Assembly: GCA_951406725.2 (NCBI GenBank) | Contig: OX597817.1 | Location: 102,672,001-102,736,000 of the forward strand | Direction of reading: 5' to 3' | DNA: 64,000 bases | Source: Octopus vulgaris | Lineage: Eukaryota | Part shown: one piece after another, positions 1 through 12,836 of the stretch | Position numbering within the stretch: the stretch's first letter is position 1 | How the letters are laid out: each line of letters starts with the position of its first letter | Position numbers and translations under genes: made by a program | The notes under the pieces: generated by a model | Told to the model about the DNA's origin: nothing | The model's input: only the letters and a program-made list of their open reading frames with translations | Databases searched by the model: none

Positions 1-446
1 CAGAACTTTAAAGAAAAAGACTGAAGTAGAATGAAATATGCAGAGAGTCGAAAACGATATTAGTCAACAACTATCGTTAATTTCTTTCACTTTACAAACA
101 AGAGGCAACAGAAGTGTAGCTTCGTCGCAATTTGACCAAGTGGTAACGAAATAAATAAATTGAAATATATTAATTTAGAAAAATAGAATGTTTAGTAAAA
201 CTAAGGCAAAAATGTCATAAAGATTTTGAAGAGGAATATCAAGTATTAGCATCTACCGCAGTAAGTTTGTATATGCTTTAAACATATGAAGATATTTTGG
301 AATAATAAATATTTTATGTTTCCTGGTGTGTTGGTATATAAGTAAGTTTTAACGGTTGTCAAACTATGACTGAAATGCAAATTATCTCACCCACATTTTC
401 TTCATGGTTATTAGCATTTTTGTCTTAATATCACATCAGAACATAA

Positions 447-663
447 GCCGGCAAGCTGGCAGGATCGTTAGCACGCTGGGCAAAAATGCTTAGCGGCATT
501 TCGTCTGTCTTTACGTTCTGAGTTGAAATGCTGCCGAGGTCGAATTTGCCTTTCATTCTTTCGATATCGATAAAATAAGTACCAGTTGAACACAGAAGGT
601 GATGTAATCGACTCATCCTCTCCACTAAAATTGCTGGCCATGTGCCAAAATTTGAAACCAATA
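447..663 (+). mobile_element. tRNA-derived SINE, family A
   Basis: A-box-like GCTGGCAGGATCGTTAGC, B-box-like GAGTTGAAAT, body GCCGAGGTCGAATTTGCCTTTCATTCTTTCGATATCGATAAAATAAGTACCAG; recurs about 9 times in the window. Confidence 0.85.
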
Positions 664-736
664 TGACAGAGTATATTTCGACATGCTTAACATAACAACA
701 ATTTTTAGAGAGGAACAAGATATATATATATATATA

Positions 737-1045
737 TAGGCCTGTTTGTGTGATAAGTAAGTTGTTTCCCAATCACATGGTTCCGGCATGTTACCTTGGG
801 TAAGTGTCTTCTACTATAGCCACCGGCCGATTAAAGCCGTGTGAGTAGATTTGGTAGGCGGAAACTGAAAGAAGCCCGTCGTAAATATATCTATATGTAT
901 GTGTGTATGAGAGTGTGTGCGCGCGCGCGTTTTTTGTCTGTGTTCCCCCACCTCCACCTCTTGACAACCGGTTCAGCAAAAGAGACCGACAGAATAAGTA
1001 TCATAAATTTTTCAAGGCGGTGCCGCAGTCTAATGATTAAAACAA
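737..1045 (+). mobile_element. SINE family B, degenerate
   Basis: Shares GTAAG..TTCCCAA.CACATGGTTCCGG, AAGTGTCTTCTACTATAGCC and GATTTGGTAG.CGGAAACTGAAAGA with copies at 27.2, 35.1, 47.3, 55.4 and 56.3 kb. Confidence 0.75.
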
Positions 1046-1748
1046 TTATATATATAGACAGCATAAAATCTTCGATGTCTTTCTCTTTATGGTCTCTGTT
1101 TTTGTTTCGTTTTTTTTTTGTTGGTTTTTTTTTCTTGTGCAGTTGGGGGTACCACGACCAGAATATGAGCCAGTTTTTATCAATGTAAAAGGAGTCTGCT
1201 AAAAGCGATGCGAAAACTGTTTGCTATTTTGGAGGTTAAAGCAATTAACCCAGAAATGTTAAGCTTTTGGCCTTGACAACAGACGAACGAGCAAAAATAA
1301 AGTATAGAACACGTGTGTATGTATGTATCTATGTATAAAATGAATGAGATTTCGAATGATTTCAAAGGATTTCGAATTATATTCAATTGTAATAAGAGTC
1401 GATGAAAGTAGAAGATATAAAAACAGAACATCAACAGAAAAAATAGCTGATAATGAACAGCTTTAACATCAAATGTGATTATCTGTATGATAATACAGCC
1501 ATCAATACAAAACAGATCTGCTTGCACAATGCACTGTGCAACTGTGAAAAGAAAGCTGCATTGAGAGGATGTCAACGTTTCAAATAAAAGACTCAGTTGA
1601 ACGAGAAAACCTAGCTGTCAGCCATTATTTGTCAACTAACAGTATGACAAATATAAAATCAACAGTGAGTTTTTAGTTGAGGAAATCTAGCGGTATGACA
1701 AAATATTTCATCTCTCCTTTCTTAAAAACATTTCTAAAGTCAATAAAT

Positions 1749-1800
1749 TATGTATGTATGTATGTATGTATGTATGTATGTATGTATGTATGTATGTATG

Positions 1801-1830
<30 letters not shown>
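1749..1830. repeat. (TATG)n microsatellite, representative of many in the window
   Basis: Perfect tetranucleotide run. Confidence 0.95.
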
Positions 1831-1831
<1 letters not shown>

Positions 1832-1884
1832 GTGTGTACGTACGTATATGTAGGTAGGTACGTACGTACGTACGCACGTATGTG

Positions 1885-2150
1885 TGAGAGCCATGGCCTA
1901 GCGGTTAGGGTGCTGCACTCACAAACGCAAGATCGTGGTTTCAATTTCCTCACGGAGAGGGCAAAACACTTCATCTTATTTTGCTCTGCTATCATGTCGA
2001 AACCTGACGAGTGGTGCACTGTGCACCTGTACAAACAATGTCGATTTGGTCGTGGGAGTATACTAATGTACAGCACATACATCTGATCATTATAAACAAA
2101 TCATTTGTGCAGGTTTGTTCAGCAGGAAATTGCAGAGCCATCTTTCTTAC
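1885..2150 (+). mobile_element. tRNA-derived SINE (head similar to family C)
   Basis: TGGCCTAGCGGTTAGGG A box and GGTTTCAATTTC B-box-like head. Confidence 0.6.
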
Positions 2151-2445
2151 CAGTTCCAAAGGTTAATTTAACATCCACCCATCCAATTTCTGAGAAAAAA
2201 AATTCAAACGCCCAATATTTTCAAAATACCCACTTTTCAAAGTACCTACTTTTGCTCAATATCAACGTTCCGGAAGTTCTCAAACTAGACTTTTCATTTG
2301 TGAGTGTGTGGATGACTTCTGACAACGTAAAAATGTTTCTATATCGTCATTCGAAATATGGAAAATAACAACCATTTTTCTCTCAAACCACATATCTCTT
2401 CTTATAGAATGAGAAACCGCACTGAACAACCCCCAGAGTTCGCGT

Positions 2446-2803
2446 TTAAGGCTTGGGTTAGGGTTAAGGGTTATTTAAGAGTTAAGGATAGAGTTAAGGT
2501 TGAGGATCAGAGCTTAGTGTTAGGATTAGAATTCAGGATTAAGATTTAAGGGTTTAATGTCAGGGTTTAGGGTAAGTGTTTAGGGTTTAGGATTAGGATA
2601 GGGCTGTTGTTTGGGGTTAGGGTTTATAGGTTAAGATTAAAGGTTATGGCTAAGATTAGAACTTAATTTTTAAGGATAAAGAAAAGGTTTAGGGTTAATA
2701 TAGGGTTGGGTTTTGTAGGCTAGGGTTTAGAGTTAAGGTTAATGATTTGGGCTAAGGTTTATGGCTAGGGTTTAGAATTAGGATTAAGGTTTAGAGTTAG
2801 GTT
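2446..2803 (+). repeat. Degenerate telomere-like (TTAGGG/TTTAGGG variant) tract
   Basis: About 360 bp of GGTTAG/GGTTTAG/GGATTAG/GAGTTAAG units, all on one strand. Confidence 0.8.
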
Positions 2804-3360
2804 TTAGTCGCAATCAACTTGTTTCTCAACGTAGATTACCAAGAATTTTCTAAAGGAGTAAAAAGCATAAATATTGGCTGGAGAGTGAGATAATGAGATT
2901 AAAATCTTATAACGCATTTTTTTCCTTTCTGCTAAATTAGAATCCCACGAAATTATTTTTAAAAATAATAGAAGACAAGGTGGGTGTGTGATGTTGCAAT
3001 GCTTGAGGAATATTTGAATGTTATTCCAAACATATCGAGTGACCAAATTCAAGGTTCCTAGATATCGTGTGCTGGTTCAGTAGGCATCCAGGCATGCACA
3101 AATGAACGAACGCCTTTAAAAACATCCGGATGGCTGTGTTGGGCGGTTGTCGGTGTTTCAAAATTGGAGAAAAAGCGTAGCGCAATATTTAAAAAAATAG
3201 GAATTCTGAAACATTTCTTTCTTTCAGTTTTTACTTTCAGCATTGTAATTTTTGTATTTTTCTACTGTTATGTATTTCATCCTTTGTCTTCTAGATCCCC
3301 GGACCAGAGCTTTGTGAGTGGATTTGATAGCTAGAAACCGAAAGAACTCTTTCATATATG

Positions 3361-3419
<59 letters not shown>

Positions 3420-4147
3420 ATGCATGCGTGTTTGTATACATGCGCGCGTATGCTAATGTTTCCTTGCCTTGAAATCGTGTGATAATTGTAAGCGAGTGTC
3501 ACCGTCATGCAATCAGTGTCTTTTGCTTCCAATCGTTCGAGACATGTCTGATTTGATCATAAGGAAATATTACCTTGCTTAGATACAGGTGAAGGTCAGC
3601 AATGGGAAATCCAGCCCGCTGGAGAAAATTCGCCTCCACAAATTCTGGCTGTTCCAGGCAAGCAGGGAAAAGTTGACGCTAAAGATGATAATGATGATTA
3701 TAACGTTGTATAAGGAGATCCTCCGGAGTACAAAAACAGTATTGTACGTATGCCGATGGTGATGAATGACAGAAATAATACAGAGCCAGGCGGCAGCAGT
3801 ATGCTCGGCAGTATTTAGTTACGACCCGTTACGATGGGAATTCAAACCGAGCTAAGGTCGTTTTGCTTTTCATTCTTCTAGGGTTGATAAAATAAAGAAC
3901 AAATCAAATACTGGAGTTGATATAACAAACTAACACCTTCTCCATTCTCCCTAAACAAAACAGTCTTAGGCATTGAGCCTATATAAAAAATCATTTTTGC
4001 ATTAACACATAATAGCAAGCCCAACATATATCAGGTATTTATTCTTTTATGCAACTCTGGTGTCTCATACTTCTAGCTACAAATCATATTTATTTTACGT
4101 TTTTTCCCAGGGCAGAAAAAATACCATTAATATACAGCTAAAGGATA

Positions 4148-4835
4148 GGTGACAAGCTGGCAGAATCGTTAGCAAACCGAGCAAAATGCTTAGCGGTATT
4201 TCGTCTGTCTCTACGTTCTGAGTTCAAATTCTGCCGAGGTCGACTTTGCTTTTCATCCTTTCGGAGTCGATAAATTAAGCACCAATTGCGTACTGGGGTT
4301 GATCTAATCGACTGGCCCCCTCCCCAAAAATTTCGTGCCTTGTGCCTACAGTAGAAAACAATATATAGGGAAAGGGCAGGTGACGAATTGGCAGAACCGT
4401 TAGCAAGGCGAGCAAAATGCTTAGTGTCGTTCCGTCCGTTTTTACGTTCTGAGTTCAAATTCCACCGAGGTCGACTTTGCCTTTTATCCTTTCAAGGCCA
4501 ATAAAATATGTACCAGCTGAGCACTGAGGTTGATGCAATCGGCTAGCCCCTCCCCAAAATTTTCAGGCCTTGAGCCTAGAGCTGAAAGGAATATAGAGAG
4601 GAAAGAAAAGCCTGCGAGCTGGCAGAATCGTTAGCATACCGGGCAAAATGCTTAGCGTCGTTTCGTCCGTCTTTATGTTCTGAGTTCAAATTCTACCGAG
4701 GTCGACTTTGCCATTCATCCTGTCGAGGTCGATAAAATATGTACCAGTTGTATATGGGGTCGATATATTCGACTAGCTCTTTCACTCGAAATTGCTGGCC
4801 TTGTACCAAAATTTGAAGCCAACTTACAGGGAAAG
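4148..4835 (+). mobile_element. Three head-to-tail SINE family A copies
   Basis: CAGAA(T/C)CGTTAGC at 4161, 4392 and 4623 (231-bp spacing), each followed by GAGTTCAAATTC..CCGAGGTCGACTTTGC. Confidence 0.9.
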
Positions 4836-5522
4836 GTTAAACTATATTTTCTTTCCCCCGACCTCTATTCCCAAGTTCCTGAAAACCTGGAAGTGGACAA
4901 CCGTTTTGGAAATAAGAGCAGTCCGAAAGGTTATATAACAATTTGGAGTGGGGGAAATACCTGAGAATGTATGGAAGCAGGTAATTTAGTTTTTAATCAC
5001 TGCTACAATGAAGTCATGGCAGGGGTATGGAGCTGCACGACCTCCACCCAGTCCGAGATTCCCACTCTAATCACTACCACATCACCACTGCTAAGTATAT
5101 TTCGGTGGTGAATAGCGCGTACATGTTTCAGGACGAGTGTTATCGATAGCCAAGTAGCTCTTCAGTGAGGATAAATAAATAACCCTGATAACAATTACCA
5201 TTTCAACTGGTACGCTGAACATCTCATTCATCACCGCCCCACCCTCCACTCTCTTCACCGCCACTATCACCACCACCGCCAACAACGCCAACGCTCCACC
5301 TCCTCCTTACTCCCGTCACACCGCAACTGGGAGACACCCACCTACTAGCCTCGCACCACCCACCCACCCACCGGCTGTGCATTACACATTACCTTCACAT
5401 AACAGTCAAGCACGCACGGATGTGTGTACGAGTGTGTGTGCGTGTGTGTGTGTGTTTGTGTATGTGTGTGCGTGCGTGTGGTATGCATGTATGTGTCTAG
5501 GTGTGTGCGTGTACACACATGC

Positions 5523-5590
<68 letters not shown>

Positions 5591-6491
5591 ATATACATAG
5601 TTGCATATACGTGTATGTGTTTGTGTATACACACACACACACGCGTGCGCGTATAAACATACATCCAGACAGAAACAAAAATATACTTACAACAAGCATA
5701 TACATGTATTCATATCTGGATACATATATACATACATATACACATTCACAGCATATACATAAAAGTACATACGTAAGTACATTCATAAATGCATACAGAA
5801 ACACACACACACAAACGTATACACAGAAAACAACACAACAACCAATTACAGACACTGATAAAAACAAATACACACACACACACTCACGCACGCACGCACG
5901 CACGCACGCACATACACAAAACGTACAACACAACACACACACAAAGAACATTCAACATAGCACAACCCGAAGGAATGCAAACGAGCTAAAAATATAAATA
6001 TAAAAACAAAATTATTTTTTGTATAGTTTCCCAGTGAGGAAAGAGATGGCTTCAAGTTTCAGAGTTAACTTCCTGTATTCCTGTTTTGTGTATTTTGCTA
6101 TCTCTAAATTTCATGTACCCACCTCCGTTCAACACCTACCAACCTCCCAACCAACAGTTATTTAATGTTGTTATTGTTTCTTTTCGTTTTCTTTGTTCCT
6201 TGATACATTTCCATATTATGAAATAGCAGATTGTTTGTGCAATGCACCTTTGTTTATAAATTCTCACCATGAAACAGATTAAACCTATAATTCTTCAGGT
6301 CATTTGGTGGGTGTCAATAGAAAAGGCCCATAAAAACCCAAGTTAAGTCTTATGCATGTTCTACAACTTCTTAAAGCCACGCTCATCACAACGAACTACA
6401 GCCAACGAACATTTCTATGCCTTAAGTGTTAAGATAACTTGAAGATCTGTGTGATCAAATGCATGTAAAAGCGAAACATTTAAGTAAACCA

Positions 6492-6668
6492 TGCTTGCTT
6501 GCTTCATGCTTTTGCTTGATGAGGCTGGGGTCATCCCAGGTTAGTGGTCCCAGAGGCGTCATCACGCGTAGAGCCACCAGATCCACCAGTGAACTCCATC
6601 GCTTGCGGTCCTGTGCCAGCCCCTCTGCATTTTCCAAGGAGACGTCGAGCCTCTGGCAAACCATGTGG
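6492..6668 (-). mobile_element. 5'-truncated RTE-type LINE 3' end
   Basis: Peptide AEGLAQDRKRWSSLV matches the C-terminal AxDRxxW motif of RTE-clade ORF2; short (AAGC)n tail. Confidence 0.6.
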
Positions 6669-8032
6669 AAATGAAATATTTAAATGCTTTGTATGAAACC
6701 ATTCTCCGATAATTTCGAAATCTTCAGGCCCAAGAATCACTTTTCCAAATATCAAATTTATCCAATAATTCTTTCATAAATTTTACAATAATAATAGTTT
6801 CATTTGCATGCAAATATTATCAAGAGCAATAAACTTCGAATAAAATAAAATAAAGTTTTATCAATTAAAATGCTCTTTTATCTGTAGCGTTCAAGAGATT
6901 TTCCTTCTCGAACTTATCTGGAATTAGATAATACTATGGGAAAACAAAGTCTTTAGTGATATCCCTACATAGCCTAATGAGAGCCTTCTCTCTCAAAATC
7001 ATAAACAAGAGCTCACAGTTCTTTGATAAGCTTACAAAGCACTCGTCAATTTCACAGTACTACCACTGCAGACTGAATACAAAACGTTCGGGTAATTTAA
7101 ATACCATTTTTACTAATGAACAAATTCGAAGAACTGTGAGTTCTTGTTTATGATTTTGAGAGAGAAGGCTCTCATTAGGCTATGTAGGGATATCACTAAA
7201 GACTTTGTTTTCCCATAGTATTATCTAGGATAAGCTTACAAACCACTCGTCAATTTCACAGTACTACCACTGCAGACAGATGTAACTTCTGGCATGTTTT
7301 ACCTAATTACAGCTGCTAGCTTAGCACTTAAACTATTCACCCATTAAACTTCTGCATGAAGAAAAAGTTCAAAGTAATTCCATAAACCAATAAGGACAAA
7401 ACAACAATCTTATTTAATTTCTCATCTTTTTTCTATATCTATTAGGACTGGACCGTGCTACAAAATCAGACTTTACAGCTAAAAACTCCCTCTAACATTA
7501 ACAAATTCAATAACAAAATGAAAGCAATACCAACTCTCAAACAAGTCTCTCGAAGAAGATTGAATTCCTTTTCATCAGAATCTGTAAGAAGGATTCTAAG
7601 CAGGTCAAAAAGTAATGTTTATTCAGAAAACAACATTGCACTTGCAAAATAGCTTTAAGCTGAATAAGAAGCTAAATTATTATATAAAATTATTATGATA
7701 AAAATTATGAATATATTTTGTTCAACGGCTTCTGCTACACTGAAATAGCAAACTTCAAAACATTTTACTTCAAACTGTTATTCAAGATTCTAACCATTCG
7801 GCTTATACTATCCGTACTTGTCTACCACACTCCATACGGAATATTCTAGCTAATCCTAACCACGTTGTACGGTACTGAAACTAGCACAGTTCAGTAATGA
7901 AAATGTAATAGTTAACCACCCTAACATGATAGCCACTTATTACAAAGAGTGCTAAGCATGGTATCTACGAGGGGCCCGCCATTGTTGTTTTAAAAAAATA
8001 GTACTAAATTCCAGAAACACAGTAAGTAAAGT

Positions 8033-8089
<57 letters not shown>

Positions 8090-9185
8090 ACGTGCGTGTG
8101 TGCGCGTGTATGATATGTGAGTGTGTGCACGCGTGTGTGTGTGATATGCGTTTGTATGTGTAGGTATGTGATGTGTATGTATGTATGTATGTATGAATAT
8201 ACGTATGTACGTATGTATATGTGCATATGTTTGTACGTATGTATGCATGTATGTATGTATGTATGTGAGTTGTCTAATATGTCTATTAAAAGAACTTTCT
8301 GTATTAACGTGTTTACCAACGGATCCGACTTGGCTTTTCGCATCAATGGACGCATGCTAAAAGCTTTATAATTCCCGGCTTATTTTCTCGGGCTAAAACT
8401 GATAAACTAGCTACAGGTGATCATATTAAGTCGATATACTTATACGATAAAGTGAACCGTCTTTATTTTCATATTGCTTAATTATAAACGGCAATTCACC
8501 TCTAAAGATGATTGGTCACTCAATTACTTAAGGGAATGAAAGAAAAGGGACATTAATTGTTCGTACTTTTTTCAAAGTTAGTAGTGTTGTAAATAAAAAT
8601 AACTCCAACTAGAAAGTGAGTCTTTGCTAGATTTCCTCTAAACCTGGGCATTGGCAACCTTCTTTAAGCATAAAGCTGTATGAGATGTTGCCCATCATAA
8701 ATCGATGCACGTCACAAAAACAATAATTTGACAATTATCGTACACATTAGAAAAAAAAAAACATTATATATAAAAATTTGCTCGAGACAAGAGTAAGTGG
8801 GTAAGAAAGAGTCGAAATCGTTGTTATCAATAGAGTCGCACCTAATAATTATAATAGAAAATGGAATTCTTTTTATGTAATTATATAACATCACGAGTGT
8901 CATACAAAGAATCATAAAGGGCAGCTTGCCGCCAAGTGCCGCGTACTTTCCTCTATAACTTTTTTGCTACAGTTAATTGAATTAGAGCTCTAACGTCCAA
9001 ATACTTTGTAGTGTTCTACTCTTAGATAAATACACAGCTTTACTGGTGTTTAACTACATGATAAAATAGATACAAATATATAATTGGTCTGAAGAAGCAG
9101 TAAACAATTCAGTAAAAATTTACACAAAAAGTGAAGCGTGATGGTGTGACATAGGGAAATGAAAAGATTTTTGTGAAACATTAGC

Positions 9186-10036
9186 AGTTGAAAAGTTCAC
9201 AAGATGACCAAGATGCTCTCATGAAATGTGACCAAATGAGGTTTATTTTTCAACGTAGTCCCCCTTGCGGTCCACACACTTCCTCCATCGGTGTTACAGT
9301 ACTTGGATCCCATTAGTGAAGAAACTTTCAGCCTGTTGGTTAAAAAAAGTATCAACAGCAGATATGATTGGTTCCCTGTCAAGTGTTTTTATATATTGAG
9401 CAACAGATGGAAGTCAGACGGGGCCAAATCAGGAGAATAGCGGGGTGGATAATCAGTTCAAAACCACAATCATACACAGCAACCGTTGAACCCAAAACTT
9501 GGAGCATTGTCCTGAGCAGAAGTCTTCGTCTTGCCAAGTTCATTAGGAAGAATACTTTCAACTTTCTCACATGATATGCCAATAGCATTGGCTATTTGAT
9601 TTATAATCAATCGCCTGTCATCCATCACCATGTGGTGAACACGATCAATGTTTTCTTTTGTGGTGGCAGTTTCATGATGTCCAGACCTTGAGTCATCTTC
9701 AAGACCCTCCCTCCCCCTCTTAAAGTCATCTGCCCACTTTTGCGCTGTTGATAAAGCTGAACGTCATCCCCTAATGTAGCAACCATGTCAGCATGAACGT
9801 CCTTGGGGGCTAAACCCTTTTTTTGCAGGTACTTAATAACACCACCGTACCTCATTTTGTCGATTTTTAAGAGAGGTTGCTACTAGTTACTTTTGGAGCC
9901 TTCTTTGAACAGTCAGATGTGGGTTTACCTTCAAAAAAGCAATGCAGTTATTGAAAAGAAGAAATGAAATTATCGCATGAAAGATTCCGCAGCTCTAGCG
10001 TCACTCCTTCATAGTCATTCTATGAACTTTTCATAC
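9186..10036 (-). mobile_element. Internally deleted, frameshifted mariner (Tc1/mariner) element
   Basis: ORF 9625-9855 GVIKYLQKKGLAPKDVHADMVATLGDD continues across frameshifts as a mariner HTH (..EDD.RSG..ATTKENIDRVHHMVMD); inverted ends GAAAAGTTCA (9190) and TGAACTTTT (10023). Confidence 0.85.
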
Positions 10037-11044
10037 ATCAATATAATTCAAATTTTGTGTTTTTGCTATTGAAAAATAGATAGCATTTACATTACATATT
10101 GCAGCGGTTGGCGTCAAACAAGATATATACTGAATTTTCTAAGATAAATATCCTAATTTTCATTACCAACCATTACAAGATAGCATAAATAATTATAACA
10201 ACACTTGTATGCGCGCACGCGTGTGTGTGTATATAAACTACCAAACAAAATCAAAATGGTTTCTTGGCACCAGTAACGAAATATCCAAACAACAATCATA
10301 GCTAAGTACAAATAGTAGACATTCAAAAAATATCCAGCTGTTTTTTCCATCTTCTTTAGCCAAAGTATGCTGAGTATCTATTCTCATAGAAGTTGAACCC
10401 GACTTGGCTGATAGAGATAGTAACTACTCTGCAAGCTGTTGGAAATCATTTAAAGTGATACAATTTCCACTGTTAAAGCCATTAAACAAATTGTTGAGCA
10501 ACTCTTTACAGAGTAGCCCCGCCACCACCACCTCTAAAGGTAATTCCCAAAGTATAACATGTCTTTTGAACTGTTGTTACGTTACATATGAAAAACGGTC
10601 TTTCAGAGAGGCTTTCTACAAAACTTATTTGACATTCAGTTTATCTCAACATTTCTCACTTCTTATACCAGATAAACAAATCTATAATAACATTTACATA
10701 AATATCAAGAATAACACATTCACACATTTGTACATATTGCGTATTTATCCAAAACCTTGTTTCCCATACATATATAACAACTGCCGTACACCGCAGTTGT
10801 TATATATGCAAATACATACGTCCACATGTGCATACAGCAGTACAAAACACAAGCACTTAGGAACACACACACATACACACTCGCACGCACGCAAACACAT
10901 ATATGTATGTATTTATGTATGCATGTATGTATGTATGTATGTATGTATGTATGTATGTATGTATGTATGTATGTATGTATGTATGAATGTATGTATACAT
11001 AAACGTTTTTGTTTACATACTTAAAAAATATTCGATACATGATG

Positions 11045-11705
11045 TAGGGGTGATATTTACTAAGAATCAGTTTTGATGATTCTGTTTGTTGATACTCAGT
11101 TTCGTGTCACGTGCACTCATTCAGGTTGATGCCACGGGTATTTCAGACTGGTAGATGTTGTTCAAAAGAAATGGTCTCCGGTAATGGCAGACGGATAGTG
11201 TCTCAAACACCTGGTTCAATGATACGGTTGATTGTTTCAGAAACTGGAATGTCTCAGTCAAGTAAAACTTATACTTTCGTACCCCGTTGTGATATGGGGT
11301 TATATCTTCTTTCGCGATGTTCAAGATAATTAAGGCACTTCAGATCTACGAGCATATTGAAAGGTTACTGCGGGTTCATTTTCGTTGTCAGGTAATAGAA
11401 TATCTGGATGTATGTCATAGATTGAGGTAAGAGATCTGAGAAGCAATGTTATTGAGGCAAGTATAGCTAACATTAATAGTGTTAGGGTTGAAATGCATTT
11501 ATGTACTGTGGTGAAATTATTTTAGAAACAATAAAAACTTTCTGGCTATGTTGATGGCTACATCCGTAGAGAATAATTGGCTGAACCCGATTACTTCGTA
11601 TTCATGGATTTACTGTTGTTAGTGAGTGTCCTTTGGATTCTAGTTCTCGCTAGAAACACTTATTAAAGAATTGGTCTGTTGAAAATGTTCCTGTTTCGGG
11701 GTTAT
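11045..11705 (-). mobile_element. Degenerate Penelope-like element, 3' part
   Basis: Minus-strand remnants FSTDVAINIARKFL..FNPNTINVSYTCLNNI and PYHNGVRKYKFYLTE..LNQ..CHYRRPFLL parallel the C-terminus of the PLE at 21.2-22.4 kb; CTGAATGA-GTG..CAC-GAAA HHR-like remnant at about 11097-11125. Confidence 0.7.
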
Positions 11706-11776
<71 letters not shown>

Positions 11777-11843
11777 TTTATATGTATGTATGTATGTATG
11801 TATGCATGCATGCATGTATGTATGTATTATGTACGCATATATG

Positions 11844-12362
11844 TATTGGGTCACCCCAAAAATAATGTGGTATTTTCAATTGCATGAACTGAATGTCGGA
11901 GGGGGACGGGATAAACTACCTGCATCAACATACTATAAAAACATGTAGTAATTTTACCTTTTCTTTATTTTTAGTGCAAGTTTTGAAGAGTGCTGGCCGA
12001 TTTTAACACTTAAGTTTTTGCAAAGGTATAATGGAAGTGACAAAGGCGCATATTCGGCATATTTTGCTCTATGAGTTCAATAAAGGCAACAACGCAACGT
12101 AAAGTGCGAGGAATATTAATGCAGTATATGGGAATCGGACAATAAGCGTAAGCCAGAGTCAATGATGGTTCCGGAAATTCCGAGCCAGAAACTACAGCTT
12201 GAAGACGAGCCTCGTCCTGGAAGATCTGCATAGCTCGACGAGGACGTTCTGCAAACTCCGGTGGAACACAATCCCATTGTAACTGTTGAAGAACTAGCAG
12301 AGAAGCTAGGATTTGGTCATTCACCCATTCATCGGCACCTGTGTGCCGTCAGAAAAGTCAGC
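11844..12362 (+). mobile_element. Mariner 5' fragment (TIR plus transposase N-terminus), pseudogenised
   Basis: TATTGGGTCACCCCAAAA TIR-like start; ATG at 12031 gives MEVTKAHIRHILLYEFNKGNNAT*SARNINAVYG..WFRKFR..LEDEPRPGRS..TVEELAEKLG, with stops and a frameshift. Confidence 0.88.
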
Positions 12363-12504
12363 ACATGAAGTGGCTGAGTATGATATAGCGGCATTTGTGA
12401 AGTGTGTGTTGTAAGGGTTTTTACAGTTTATTGGGGGTAAAATTGTTGGTAGAATGTTCGTGTTGTAGACCTGTTTGCTAGCGTTGTGTAGTAGTAATAC
12501 TTAT

Positions 12505-12713
12505 TTCGAATTCTGACACAAAGTCAACAATCCTGGGCAAAGGGGTAAGTCGGTTACATCGATCCCAGTGCTCAACTGATATTTATTTTATCGACACCGA
12601 AAGGATGAAAGGCAAATTCGTCCTCGGTGGAATTTGAAATCAAAACATAAAGAAGGACGATATGCCGCAAAGCATTTTACCCGGCGTGCTAACAATTCTG
12701 CTAGGTCGCCGCC
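12505..12713 (-). mobile_element. SINE family A
   Basis: Reverse complement of the 447/4148 consensus. Confidence 0.85.
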
Positions 12714-12836
12714 TTAACTGTGTAGTGGTAATATTATGAATGTGGGCTGTGTAAAAGGTTTTTGTAAGGTTTCGTAAGGTGTAGTGAGGTATCTTTTATT
12801 GGTGTAGAGTTGTTGGTGGACATTGTTGTGGGAAAA

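Noticed and set aside
1340-1615. Tc1-like transposase remnant (TVKRKLH..RKP)
   Set aside because: The motif is too short and broken by stops; no TIRs found.
4148-4835. CRISPR-like regular spacing
   Set aside because: The units are about 215-bp SINEs, not short repeats with unique spacers; no cas genes; eukaryotic context.
5345-6055. Long HT/VC/YI/MYVC/LSIY ORFs here and throughout (34.5, 48.2, 53.8 and 63.2 kb)
   Set aside because: Microsatellites that lack stop codons.
10404-11024. 206-aa ORF
   Set aside because: Non-ATG start, runs into a microsatellite, no recognisable motif.
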